Positions 43,188 through 53,250 of a DNA stretch of 64,000 bases are shown here, one piece after another. How positions within the stretch are numbered: the first letter of the stretch is position 1; every line of letters starts with the position of its first letter. The notes beneath the pieces were generated by a model, which ran no database searches, was not told the DNA's origin, and was given only the letters and a program-made list of their open reading frames with translations. The DNA comes from Nitrosopumilus sp. (lineage in GTDB: Archaea; Thermoproteota; Nitrososphaeria; Nitrososphaerales; Nitrosopumilaceae): positions 864,001-928,000 of the forward strand of contig OZ243974.1 in NCBI GenBank assembly GCA_965214775.1. Reading direction: 5' to 3'. The position numbers and the translations under genes are program-made.

Positions 43188-43564
43188 TCCAGATAATTTT
43201 TTAATTTCTTTGTAACTGCGTATCCAGCACAGCCTGCGATTAACGAGGCAAGCAGAATTGCAGGAATCGAGGATTTGCCTGATTTTTTCTTTAATATTTT
43301 TGCGACTTGTGTTCCGCCAAAGATGCCACAGGCCAGGCCAACCAGGAATTCAGGTGCGTCCTTTACAAGATGGCCCACAGGATCCACCCTAGGATCGATT
43401 TTGTCCGTATGAACTAGGAATTTATCATCATACTCCCTGATGTGTAGATTTCCATACCGATACTGCTTCCTGGCTCCGTTTTTTTGTCCAAGGAATGTTT
43501 CTTCAGCCCCGTCAAGCATGAATTCGCGCAATTCCTTTGGGACCTCAATTTCATCCCTTGGCAT
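43184..43564 (-). CDS. Hypothetical membrane protein
   Basis: LHIREYDD...HTDKIDPRVDPVGHL followed by two hydrophobic helices; overlaps the AarF start. Confidence 0.8.
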   Translation of the reverse strand: MPRDEIEVPKELREFMLDGAEETFLGQKNGARKQYRYGNLHIREYDDKFLVHTDKIDPRVDPVGHLVKDAPEFLVGLACGIFGGTQVAKILKKKSGKSSIPAILLASLIAGCAGYAVTKKLKNYLE

Positions 43565-43764
43565 GATCGCAAGAGCAAGTGATTGCTTATAATCTTACGG
43601 TATGCCCGAAAGTGCTTTGAGGCTAGAGTTGGACAAGCAAAGACGCGGCATCTAGAAATCCCAACTAGTCCTGTGTTCCCTTTATCGAGTATTTTAGAAC
43701 CAGGTTCGAACAGAAAGTAGGGGAAACCTTGCCCAAAAAGGATCTTATGCCGCCTATTGAAAAT

Positions 43765-43953
43765 TTAGCCGTTGATCTTGTCTTTTGTAAACAACACAAA
43801 ACTAGCTCCAAAACAAAGCACCATTGCAATTCCGGTTGCATATGCGTAATTGAAACCAATTCCAAGGTGATCTGTTTCGTGATAGTAGTTTATCAAAAAT
43901 GTTGCAACCAACAAAACTGCGCCAATGTACGTTAATTTTCTGTGTAATTCCAT
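43765..43953 (-). CDS. Small two-TM hypothetical protein
   Basis: 62 aa with two hydrophobic helices. Confidence 0.6.
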   Translation of the reverse strand: MELHRKLTYIGAVLLVATFLINYYHETDHLGIGFNYAYATGIAMVLCFGASFVLFTKDKING

Positions 43954-44176
43954 AAAATTTTCACCACTAGAAGCTATATGAATTTAGAAACATCAGAAAC
44001 CCTCAAGAAGGAAGAGGAGGAAGAGGAGCTGTGACAGATCCAACTGATGCTGCCTGCCATGAAGTGCTCACAAATAATCGGGGGCCTTTTGCGGGGCAGT
44101 CTAGCTGTGTTTTGCCGGCTCAAACCCTTGCGGGTTGCCATAAAAGGAAGAGAGATGCGCCCTTTGCCACCACCCG

Positions 44177-44582
44177 TAGTCAGTACATAAAAAAGCGGAC
44201 AGTCTTGACAACTGTTTTTGATCCAAAGATTAAGATCAGGCAGGCCGTATGTACATGTATGAGCATACATATAGCAACGGGCAGAAGTCTTTGAGTCAAA
44301 GTAGGTCATAATTACACGTAAAAACCTCAATTATTTCTGCTCGTTGGTAACAGGTCGGGCTCTGGAAGCTGCTCCTGATTTTAGGCACAATCTACACGGG
44401 AGGCCTCCCCAAGATGACAAAACTCGCGCCTGAACTTCCAGAGCCCGACCTGTTACGCTCGTTGCCATATTACGCATAAGATCGTACGAGTTTACCCCTT
44501 GGACGTCCTAGTGTCTGGAGCCTTCATGATCACGCCTGTCACATCGTATCTCAGGTGAGGGGTAAACTCGTACCATAAGATC
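44177..44582. mobile_element. Nested stack: IS630 left-end fragment, MITE A (44272-44467), MITE B inside it (44347-44456), MITE E (44484-44573)
   Basis: MITE B TSD GCTCGTTG (44339-46, 44457-64); MITE E TSD CATAAGATC (44475-83, 44574-82); MITE A flanked by TA. Confidence 0.9.
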
Positions 44583-44622
44583 CGGTGTTAGTTTTAAATA
44601 TTGACTCCATTATAATCACAAC

Positions 44623-44766
44623 ATGGCGTTAAGAGAAGTCAAACCGCTGGATAAAAAACAATGGGCTCAAGTTCAAGACATGTTGAAAACTGGGCCAACT
44701 GATGAATCCATTGCTATTGTAAAGAAAGCTCTGGAACGTGCCTCAAAAATTAAGAGGGATTATTAA
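44623..44766 (+). CDS. Small antitoxin candidate for a GNAT toxin (47 aa; not in ORF track)
   Basis: MALREVKPLDKKQWAQVQDMLKTGPTDESIAIVKKALERASKIKRDY*, reminiscent of the DUF1778 C-terminal half; directly upstream of the GNAT. Confidence 0.6.
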   Translation: MALREVKPLDKKQWAQVQDMLKTGPTDESIAIVKKALERASKIKRDY

Positions 44767-44772
44767 TTTTTC

Positions 44773-45328
44773 TTGGCTGCAAAGATGAGTCTTGATGCAG
44801 TTGACGTTAAGTTTGAACGACTTGGATCTACTGATCCAATAGACAAGACGTTTGAATCCTCAGATCCTGAATTTACAGAATATTATCAAATACAGTCTCA
44901 GTATGATCTACAAGAAGGCCTTGCAGGAACTTATCTGCTAAAAGTAGATGGCAGAGTAGTTGGTTATGTGTCATTAGCTATGGCTCATTTACGAAGAGTC
45001 CACAGAGCAAACATATGCAAAAGAGTCTGACGGAAATATACCTGCATTATTAATCAGTCATCTTTCTGCGCATAAAGAGCATCCAAGAGAAGGAATCGGT
45101 ACTAGACTAATAGATGAATCGCTTAGAATTGCAACTAAATATTCAGAATATATCGGATGTCGGTATCTGATACTAAATCCAAGAGATGGTGACATAGTAA
45201 GAAAATTCTATGAGGCATATGGTTTTACATATGTCAACAATGAAAAAGATGACAAAGAAAACGACGCATTCATTTTAGATATTCAACAGGAAAAAAACCC
45301 ACAGTTTGAATTTAAGAGGGACTGTTAA
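44773..45328 (+). pseudogene. GNAT acetyltransferase toxin (AtaT/TacT-like), frameshifted near 44990
   Basis: VVGYVSL in one frame; IPALLISHLSAHKEHPREGIGTRLI...GCRYLIL...KFYEAYGF in another frame, ending at TAA 45328. Confidence 0.8.
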
Positions 45329-45384
45329 GTTGCAGGGATGTGATTCTGCCTGTCAAGAGTTGGGGTACGAAAATTCCAGATCTT

Positions 45385-45495
45385 CCAACAGCTCGGGCTC
45401 TGCATGCCGTTCCCGATTTTAGGCACGAGTTATGTCTGAGTGGCCCTTTTTGGTGGCAAAACTCACGCCTGAACATCCAGAGCCAGAGATGTTGC
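45385..45495. mobile_element. Degenerate MITE B copy
   Basis: Same length as MITE B with shared internal motifs (TCGGGCTCTG, TTTTAGGCAC, AAAACTCACGCCTGAAC). Confidence 0.65.
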
Positions 45496-45651
45496 AATTG
45501 TGGCCTCAAGCTCGCTGCGTGTGGGTCAGCGGCCCTTCATAATGCCGATGTTGTGCAGGCATCGTATTTGATCAGCATGATCGCAGTGTGACGTTAAGTA
45601 GGTTGCCAAAACACGGGTGGTCACATACAAAAAAATTTCAGATGGGGTATT

Positions 45652-45731
45652 AGACTTTATGCGTAATCGGTGCAGATCTAGAATTATTACGAACAAATTC
45701 ATCTCATTTAGGTCGATTACGCATAAAGTCT
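45652..45731. mobile_element. 80-bp MITE of the IS5 element at 16257
   Basis: Identical 18-bp TIRs and the same ATT flanks. Confidence 0.9.
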
Positions 45732-46230
45732 ATTACGGGTCTTGAGAACCTCAAGACCATACTCAAAAAGAAGGGATGCTACAACCAGCTGCTTGACATA
45801 TACGGAGGTTGTCGCCTAATCCCACTTGTTTTACTTAATCTGTACGTTTTTCTGAATTTCTGCCCTTTTACACGCCTGATCCATGTGACGTTTCAGCGGT
45901 TTTCAGGAATTCTAGCGAATTAGGTGACAACCCCCATATGACGTACATGGTACGGACAGCCTTTCTTCTGACTCGTCAGCGGGGCACATGGCCGTGCTGC
46001 ATGGTTGCGCATGTCTTTTTGACATGAACCGGTTTTTGTGTGCCATGGCAGGATCCGCATGCAGCAGTCTGATCTGATCAACACGTTTACGTCTGGATGA
46101 TCTTGCGGAATTTTTAATCACAATATCAACATCAAAAAATGGAATATGATTTTGATACATCGTGCCTGTTTTGCCAAAAAAATATTCGATTTTCAACTGC
46201 ACGCACTACAGTCAATTACGCATAATGTCT
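45732..46230 (+). pseudogene. IS5 3'-end remnant containing a MITE D copy (45805-45934)
   Basis: ITGLENLKTILKKK matches the 16461-17690 C-terminus; TIR-like ATTACGCATAATGTCT ends at 46230. Confidence 0.8.
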
Positions 46231-46265
46231 AATGGATATTTCCAGGTTTTAGACTAAAAATCCAG

Positions 46266-47582
46266 TCACGAAGGCGTAATTGGCTGTCTTTTGCGCCTGC
46301 GCATCAAGAAAATCCCCATTCCAATGGCAACTGCTATAGGAATTACCGCCAATGATGCGTCCGGACCGCCTTCTTCCTCGTTTGAAAGTTCTCCAACGAA
46401 AATTAAAGTATCGTGGCTTACAAAAATTTCATCGCGAACTCCGTCCTTGTATCTTACGGTAATTGTTACCTCATGCTCCCCATACTGTGGCTGGCCGTCA
46501 AATTCGATTGGGAGGTTGAATGGAACGGGAGCATCAACTTCTATTTCATCAATAAATTGGGATTGCGGTTTGATGTTAGAGTCGCCTCGCGGTTCAATGG
46601 ATGCAAACCCGAACAGTCCGTCTTCGTTTCCCTCATTGAGAATTTCCCCGACAACCATCTGGATTCCAGAGAGCTCTATTACCTTTACGTTGAACACCGT
46701 CAGATCAATCAGTCCCTTGATGTAGAAATCGGCAATTTTTGAAATTACTTCTTGATCTCCGTGCGCATTATAGTATGAAATCGATAATGGGATTCGTAAC
46801 GTGTCTCCTTTAAGCGATTCTGGAACGTATACGGTTGCAGTCAGGAACTTTGCGGATTGGGGCTCAATTGTCCCTATATCCCAGTTTGATTCCAAGATTA
46901 CCACGTTCTCAACATTGGTCGTTGAAGATGCTGTTGATGCACGTTCTGTTTGGGTGTTCGTTGAGACAATATCAACGCCCGATATTGGCGCGGTTCCATC
47001 ATTTGCAATTTCAATCGTAACGTTGTTTGTTGTCAACGAGGTCAAAAATGGTTCCAGTGCCCGAACGTTGATAACGCTGTCTCCAGTAACTTTGAATTGA
47101 AAGTCGGCAAATGCCGTTCTGACTCCGGATTCCCGCAGTCTCGAATAGTCGACTTTGACTGTTGCCGGATACTGCTGGACCGGGGTAGTGTCGGCAATAT
47201 TGACAAAAAATGTCAGATGGAAACTGTCTCCGGCAAGGGAATTGGAATCACTGTCAGCCCTAATAACGGTGCCCGGTCCATCTGACGGACCAAACCCAAA
47301 CGGCAGTGACAGCTGTCCTCGGATTCCGGTAATGTCCTGGCTTCCAACGTTTGCAAAAATCACGGTGAATGGGACGTTTCTGTCACCGGCCTCGACTTCG
47401 ATCTTTTCATTCAGGGTTCCAAAGTACGCATCAAGGAATTTTACATCCCCAAAATCACGCTCAAACGGCGAATTGCCAAAACCGCCGGACGTGATTTGGG
47501 CAGATGAACCGTTTGTGACCAGCGGCAAAAATCCAATTATTATTGCCACCACAACTGGCAGCACTAGCTTTTGAGCAGTCAT
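46266..47582 (-). CDS. COG1361-like S-layer-domain membrane-anchored protein
   Basis: Signal peptide, beta-rich acidic domains, C-terminal TM and basic tail; in the ABC operon. Confidence 0.75.
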   Translation of the reverse strand: MTAQKLVLPVVVAIIIGFLPLVTNGSSAQITSGGFGNSPFERDFGDVKFLDAYFGTLNEKIEVEAGDRNVPFTVIFANVGSQDITGIRGQLSLPFGFGPSDGPGTVIRADSDSNSLAGDSFHLTFFVNIADTTPVQQYPATVKVDYSRLRESGVRTAFADFQFKVTGDSVINVRALEPFLTSLTTNNVTIEIANDGTAPISGVDIVSTNTQTERASTASSTTNVENVVILESNWDIGTIEPQSAKFLTATVYVPESLKGDTLRIPLSISYYNAHGDQEVISKIADFYIKGLIDLTVFNVKVIELSGIQMVVGEILNEGNEDGLFGFASIEPRGDSNIKPQSQFIDEIEVDAPVPFNLPIEFDGQPQYGEHEVTITVRYKDGVRDEIFVSHDTLIFVGELSNEEEGGPDASLAVIPIAVAIGMGIFLMRRRKRQPITPS

Positions 47583-48292
47583 GCTGTCAGGGCCTTCTCC
47601 ATTCCATGCAGATGATCTCCTTCAGATGTCTTGCCGTCGTTAATTGTGATTATTCTGTCAGCATCCCCAAAATGCTGTCTGTCGTGGGTCACGATAATGA
47701 AGGTCTGATTGAGCTTTTTTGCCATTGATTTCATCAGGTCAACTATAACCTGGGAAGTAACCGAGTCAAGATTTCCAGTCGGCTCGTCGGCCAGAACTAT
47801 TGACGGCTTGTTTACCAGTCCGCGTGCAATTGCGGCTCTCTGGGCCTGCCCGCCGGAGATCTTGTTTGCACGCTTGTTAATTTGGGATTCAAGTCCCACA
47901 GAAGTCAACAGATCAATTGCGTCGGATTTTGCCGTTTGAGTGCTTTTGCCGATCTGTCTGGGCAGCAGAACGTTTTCCAGGACGGTTAGATCAGAAAGAA
48001 GGTTGGAAAATTGGAAGATAAACCCTAGTTTCTTGTTTCTAAACGATGATATGCTGCTGTCGTTTAGCGATGTGGTATCAGTACCGTCAATGAAAATTTT
48101 GCCTTTTGTCGGTCTGTCAAGCAGTCCTATCATGTTAAGCAGTGTGGACTTTCCCGAGCCGGAGCTTCCGACAATCAAAACAAATTCCCCCCGCTTGATT
48201 GAAAACGAAGCGTTGTCAAGTGCCCTTACCTTGTTTTCCCCTTCTCCGTATATCTTGCTGACATTGTCGATTTCCAGTAGTGCCCTAGACAG
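47579..48292 (-). CDS. ABC transporter ATP-binding protein (LolD/MacB-like)
   Basis: GSSGSGKST, ISGGQAQR, LADEPTGNLD and VTHD; frame open upstream to CTG at 48292 (SRALLEIDNVSKIYG). Confidence 0.92.
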   Translation of the reverse strand: MSRALLEIDNVSKIYGEGENKVRALDNASFSIKRGEFVLIVGSSGSGKSTLLNMIGLLDRPTKGKIFIDGTDTTSLNDSSISSFRNKKLGFIFQFSNLLSDLTVLENVLLPRQIGKSTQTAKSDAIDLLTSVGLESQINKRANKISGGQAQRAAIARGLVNKPSIVLADEPTGNLDSVTSQVIVDLMKSMAKKLNQTFIIVTHDRQHFGDADRIITINDGKTSEGDHLHGMEKALTA

Positions 48293-49472
48293 TTCTCATC
48301 GCCTCCACAGGCAGTAATTTCGTTGCCCTATACGACGGATACAACGAGGCAATTATTGCCAGAATAAATGACATTAGTGCGGTTTGGGCAATCTTTCCCC
48401 AATCATAGCTCACCTCTAGAGGCAGGCTGTTGTTAAAGGACATTTTCGTTTCCTTGGCATAAAATGTATAACCCAGTCCTGCTGCCGTCCCCACGCCTGC
48501 CCCGATTGCCCCAATGATCATTCCCTGGAAAATGAAGATGATCAGGATGTCCCTTCTTTTTGCGCCAATTGACCTCATGAGGCCGATTTCCCTGGTTTTC
48601 CCGTTTACCAGCATCATCTGGATGGTGACGATTGCAAACGCCGAGGACATCATGCCAAAGTAACCAATCATGTTGATCATTGCAATTCCAGATCTAAATC
48701 CAGCCAGCTGTTCTTCGGCAGACTCCTCTATGGTTTCAGCTAAAAAGTCATCGTTAGGAAACGAACGTAAAAAGAATTCCTTGACTTCAAAAGCCTTTGA
48801 TGGATCGTTTAATTTTACCATAAGTGAGCCGGTGTCACCCTGACGGTTCATCATGTCCCGTAGCGTGTCAATATGGATCACGGCAGTATAGTCAAAGCCC
48901 TGGCCCCCCGGGGATTTTGCAATTCCAGATACGGTGAACCGTCTTATTTGATCCTCGCCGTATCTGTCTACTACAAGAACCTTGACGCTGTCTCCAACCT
49001 CTGCCCCGCCCAGGTCTCTTGCGACATTAGAACCCAGAACGATTGAATTTCTTGAAAATACATAGGATCCGTCTGAAACGGTTTCGTGGACTGTCGAGGC
49101 ACGGATATCCGTAAAGGGATCAACCCCTACGATTGGAACACGCGTTTCTTCGACAAGCTTGCCATGCTTTGTCATGTTCACTTCTGCAGTCGACGAGAGC
49201 CGCGGCGTCGCGGCTTCAACATACGGGATTCTTTCAAACCAGCTTACAAGAGACAGATCAGACTTGTCGATGAAATCAGCATCGTCAGTTACAAGAATGT
49301 CCCCGTTTCTGTAATCACTGATGTCCCGAACAATAGCATCAAAGAGCCCCTGAAAGATTACAAAATTTACATGAATTACTAAAATTCCAATCGTTACAGC
49401 CAGGACTGCCCCTATCAAACTCCCTTTTTTGTTAAACAGCATTCTCTTTGCCAGGGTCAGCCTGTATTCCAC
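48285..49472 (-). CDS. ABC transporter permease (LolE/FtsX-like)
   Basis: One TM, extracytoplasmic domain, then REIGLMRSIGA and ASLYPSYRA. Confidence 0.92.
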   Translation of the reverse strand: MEYRLTLAKRMLFNKKGSLIGAVLAVTIGILVIHVNFVIFQGLFDAIVRDISDYRNGDILVTDDADFIDKSDLSLVSWFERIPYVEAATPRLSSTAEVNMTKHGKLVEETRVPIVGVDPFTDIRASTVHETVSDGSYVFSRNSIVLGSNVARDLGGAEVGDSVKVLVVDRYGEDQIRRFTVSGIAKSPGGQGFDYTAVIHIDTLRDMMNRQGDTGSLMVKLNDPSKAFEVKEFFLRSFPNDDFLAETIEESAEEQLAGFRSGIAMINMIGYFGMMSSAFAIVTIQMMLVNGKTREIGLMRSIGAKRRDILIIFIFQGMIIGAIGAGVGTAAGLGYTFYAKETKMSFNNSLPLEVSYDWGKIAQTALMSFILAIIASLYPSYRATKLLPVEAMRTV

Positions 49473-49558
49473 GATCAGAATAAAATAGTCCAGTATTTAA
49501 TATATATGATACATAGTGCTAACATAATGGACAATTTTATATAAAATTAGTTTTTTGT

Positions 49559-50497
49559 ATGCTTTATGGAGATACTTTGAGTGACAAAATGGACATTTTA
49601 GATATGAAAATTTTGAGCAGGTTGCTAAACAACTGCAGGGAGTCTGACAGGCAGATAGGCCTGGAACTGGGTGTCTCAGGGGGGGCAGTCCGCGCCAGAA
49701 TCAAAAAAATGCAGCAAAGCGGCATTATTGAAGACTTTTTCATCAAAGTCGAGCCTCCGGTTTTGGGATATGGAATTTTGTACTTTGTTGTGTCTGGAGA
49801 AGATATCAAAGAAATTTTAGAGCAGGTAAGCCTTGTCGGCGAACCGTTTGTTGTGGTCCCATGTGTTGGCGGAATTACGGTTTGCGGCATTGTGATCAGG
49901 GAGGATCTGGAGCAAAAAGTAGAGCTTGCATCAAAACTTATGAAGGATCTCAGGGTATTGACAATTTTTGAGGCCGACAGCAATAATGCCGGGTTTGATT
50001 CAAACCTTACAAAGACAGACCTTGAGATTTTGGGAGAACTGATTTCAGATCCCAGGCAAAAAATCGAAAAGATTGCAAAAAAAACCGGTTTGTCAACAAA
50101 GACAGTTGCAAGATGCATTGGCAAGCTTCGGGAAAACGACGGCATTCAATTTACATTGGTTTATGATCCCCAAAAAATCAAAGGTTTTATTCCGCATGTG
50201 ATCCTTGCATGGGTACAAGACGATCTCAAGGGCACGCTGGAAAACATGAACAAAGTGTTTTCTGACTCGTATCTACAAATTCCGTTTATTGCAAAAAATC
50301 AGATTGTCTTGTTTATGTACAGTGACAGTATCTTCAGGATGGACGAGGTCACTCAAAGGGTCAGAAACATCAAAAATGTAAAATCGACAGACTTGTTCAT
50401 ACCTAAAAAAATTTCATTTTATGACAAATGGCTGGACAGGGCAGTGGGTGATTTTAAGAAATCGCCAACGCTGCACCTGGCATATCAAACAAATTAA
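49559..50497 (+). CDS. Lrp/AsnC-family regulator with two HTH modules
   Basis: DMKILSRL..IGLELGVSGGAVRARI and DLEILGEL..IAKKTGLSTKTV. Confidence 0.88.
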   Translation: MLYGDTLSDKMDILDMKILSRLLNNCRESDRQIGLELGVSGGAVRARIKKMQQSGIIEDFFIKVEPPVLGYGILYFVVSGEDIKEILEQVSLVGEPFVVVPCVGGITVCGIVIREDLEQKVELASKLMKDLRVLTIFEADSNNAGFDSNLTKTDLEILGELISDPRQKIEKIAKKTGLSTKTVARCIGKLRENDGIQFTLVYDPQKIKGFIPHVILAWVQDDLKGTLENMNKVFSDSYLQIPFIAKNQIVLFMYSDSIFRMDEVTQRVRNIKNVKSTDLFIPKKISFYDKWLDRAVGDFKKSPTLHLAYQTN

Positions 50498-50522
50498 ATA
50501 ACAAGAATTTTGCACGGGATCA

Positions 50523-51038
50523 GTGAAAAAAACAAAGATCTATGACGGAAAAATTTTGGGATTAAGCGTGTATGACGGAAAAATCAAGGGAAGAAAGGTC
50601 AGGCGAGAGATAATAGAGCACAGAGGCGCATCGGCAATGCTTGCATTTGACGAAGATAAAAAACTGATTCTGGTCAGACAGGACAGATTTCCTCACGGGT
50701 GCGTTTTAGAGATTCCGGCAGGCACGCTGGAGAAAAACGAGGAGCCCGTAAAATGCGCATTCAGGGAACTAGAGGAAGAGACCGGATACAGGGCAAAAAA
50801 AATGACGCCGCTGATCACGTTTTACCCTTCAATTGGCTACAATTCAGAGATCATTCACTGCTTTTTAGCCTCAGGGGTGAAGAAAGGTGCCGGTTTGAGG
50901 CTTGACGAGGATGAAATTTTATCGGTAGAAAAGATGGATTTCAAAAAAGTGCTGGGAATGATCAAAACAGGAAAAATCCAGGATTCAAAAACGGTTTGTG
51001 CTGTTTTGGCATATGCATCAAAGAAGAGACTCTACTGA
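50523..51038 (+). CDS. NUDIX hydrolase (ADP-ribose pyrophosphatase-like)
   Basis: Nudix box GTLEKNEEPVKCAFRELEEETGY; IQDSKT. Confidence 0.93.
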   Translation: MKKTKIYDGKILGLSVYDGKIKGRKVRREIIEHRGASAMLAFDEDKKLILVRQDRFPHGCVLEIPAGTLEKNEEPVKCAFRELEEETGYRAKKMTPLITFYPSIGYNSEIIHCFLASGVKKGAGLRLDEDEILSVEKMDFKKVLGMIKTGKIQDSKTVCAVLAYASKKRLY

Positions 51039-51047
51039 TTATTCGTA

Positions 51048-51626
51048 ACCATATGTGTCTCAAAAACAAAATTCAGATGGTACCAAGATAAAAGGCAATG
51101 CAAACAGACAGATTAGCGCAAAAAAAAGGATATGTGTGAAATCAAAGGCGGAGCAGCAGTATGTCGGCCTGGACGTGCACAAGGAGTCCATCCAGGTCGC
51201 GGTGATGGACAAGGACGGCAAGGTCCTGGGGAATACAAAAATAAGCAACAGGAACAGCGAGATAAGAGAGATGTTTGCAAAGATTCCGGATAACACCAGG
51301 TGCGTCATGGAGTCCTCGTATGCTAAAGAAATAGATGGCCTTCAGTCAGTGCATAGTGGACATGCGTGTGAAATGAACGTCATCATCATTATTATTATTG
51401 TCATTACAGTTAGAACTTTAATCTGCGTTGATGTAGTTGAGGGAGATCCTCGTTTAGTAACTGCAGAACGGTTCTGACAAATGGATGAAGAATGGTACTG
51501 AGGGAGATCCTCGTATAGATAAGTGTCCGACCTTCATTTTGTGATTGTCAGGAAGAGACCCCCAGCCAAAGCCATACTTCACAACACCGTTACGCGTGGA
51601 ATCCTTATAAGCACGACACATAGATA
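51048..51626 (+). mobile_element. Internally deleted IS110/IS1111-type element, copy 1
   Basis: YVGLDVHKESIQVAVMD...VMESS RuvC-like N-terminus; subterminal IR TATGTGTC/GACACATA; TA at both junctions; long downstream non-coding end. Confidence 0.85.
51411..51541 (+). ncRNA. Candidate bridge/seekRNA, copy 1
   Basis: Two stem-internal-loop units, each capped by the hairpin GAGGGAGATCCTC; partial matches to the target and donor junctions (folded by eye). Confidence 0.6.
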
Positions 51627-51984
51627 CAACATCAGTCCTTTTTATACTGACAAGCCAACTTTTCTGGGCAGCATCTTATGATCAGATGCCCTTGCAGACA
51701 TGACTGAGCATCAGACATTTGTGATCAGTCATTGCAGGATTGGAATTTGCTGGGGTGATCCATTATCGGCATCTTGGTCAAAGAATTTCGATGGAAATCT
51801 TTTTTGATCTTGCCTGCTTGATGTAACACATGGACTCCAAATCTACGCCTGCACACAATATGGATCTTGCAAAAGCCATTGCCATGATTAAGGAGAAGGA
51901 CAAGGAGATCACCCTGCTGAAAAAGGAGAAGGACAAGCTTCAGGCAAGGCTTGCCATGTACGAGAGTCCCAACATGCCCAGCAC
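51627..51984 (+). pseudogene. IS66 left end and truncated transposase start
   Basis: Near-identical to 60465-60920 but lacking the 93-bp MITE; breaks off next to the serpin stop. Confidence 0.88.
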
Positions 51985-51987
51985 AGA

Positions 51988-53250
51988 TCAGGTCTGGGGG
52001 CTGGGATCCGTAACCCTTCCCATGAACAGGATGGCGCCGCTCTCGTCATCCTGTATGATGAAGACGAACGGGCGGTCTGCGATAAAGGGCACCGGCGGCG
52101 GCGGTGCTGAAGTTGTTGTGACAACAACGGCAGTCACGGCCGCTGCCTCCGTCCCCTCCTCATTTATATCTACAAACGCCTTCTGTGCCGACTTGCTTAC
52201 GTACAGGTTTTCATCCGATACGTCTGCGATGCCCGAAAGATCGGCTTTCTCGGGATCAAACACGTCCGCCACTCCGAGCCTCGCCAAAGGATCTGTAAGA
52301 TCATAGTATGTCTCCATCCTGAACTTTGGCATCGACACCTCCACGTCCGTCTGCAGCATGTCTTTATTCCACTTCTGTATGAGCCCAGCAGAAAGCGTCT
52401 CCTGCAGCGGATCCATCCCGTCCCTGTCTGCCGGCAGTATTACCAGCATGGAGAGTCGATCACCCTTGTATGGAAGCCTGAGCATCTGCACGTCGTCCTG
52501 CTGCGTATAATCGAACATGCCCACCACGTTCATAAAGTCTGTCCTGACGCTCTGCGTGCCGTCCTTCCAGAACTCGGACTCGCGCGTGTTTTCCTCCGGA
52601 AACTGCGTCACCCACGTTCCCTTGAAGTATATAGCGTTTGTCAGGACAAGCGCGGTCAAACTATTTACATCCTCGGGCGTAAGTATCTTCTTTATCTTTT
52701 CGCGCGTCTTCTCAGACGCCCAGCTGTTTATCCTGTCCGTGCTGCCCTGCGAGTCTTTAAAGTCAACGCGCTCGATGTCGGCAAGGTATGTGCCGCGTAT
52801 GGTATTCACATACGAGTCATGCGGTGCAAGCCAGTCGGCAAGCCACATCGAGTTTGCCAGCTCCAGCGTGGCATATGGATCGTGTCTGGCAATAGAGGAC
52901 ATCGTGTGTGCAGTGGCGTTGTGGCGCGCCTGCTCGTCGGGTTCAAAGCCAAATGCCGCCTCTATCTGCCCTGCACTGTCGCCTCTTGCCCCCTCGTACA
53001 GCATGGAAAAGACCACGTATATGCTGGTAGGGGAGAAGAAGATGTTCTCGTCACTGTCTGCTGAGACCAGCTTATAAAAGTCGACTGCAAAGCCGTTGTT
53101 TGCAGACGCGATATCCTCTGGAATCGTAGCGGATCCTGGCTGTAGAGATGCAACTATGGAATGCGGTACCGTCGTTTCGGCGTACAAAAGGACGGATGCC
53201 GCAACCACAACGGCGGAGACTGCCGCTATGGCATAGAGGCGACTGTTCAC
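51988..53250 (-). CDS. Secreted serpin (serine protease inhibitor)
   Basis: Signal anchor; NIFFSP, NAIYFKGTW, hinge EEGTEAAAVT and FIADRPFVFII..ILFMGRVTDP. Confidence 0.96.
   Translation of the reverse strand: MNSRLYAIAAVSAVVVAASVLLYAETTVPHSIVASLQPGSATIPEDIASANNGFAVDFYKLVSADSDENIFFSPTSIYVVFSMLYEGARGDSAGQIEAAFGFEPDEQARHNATAHTMSSIARHDPYATLELANSMWLADWLAPHDSYVNTIRGTYLADIERVDFKDSQGSTDRINSWASEKTREKIKKILTPEDVNSLTALVLTNAIYFKGTWVTQFPEENTRESEFWKDGTQSVRTDFMNVVGMFDYTQQDDVQMLRLPYKGDRLSMLVILPADRDGMDPLQETLSAGLIQKWNKDMLQTDVEVSMPKFRMETYYDLTDPLARLGVADVFDPEKADLSGIADVSDENLYVSKSAQKAFVDINEEGTEAAAVTAVVVTTTSAPPPPVPFIADRPFVFIIQDDESGAILFMGRVTDPSPQT

Noticed and set aside
51830-52306. 158-aa ORF as a real gene
   Set aside because: It is a truncated IS66 N-terminus reading on into the antisense strand of the serpin.
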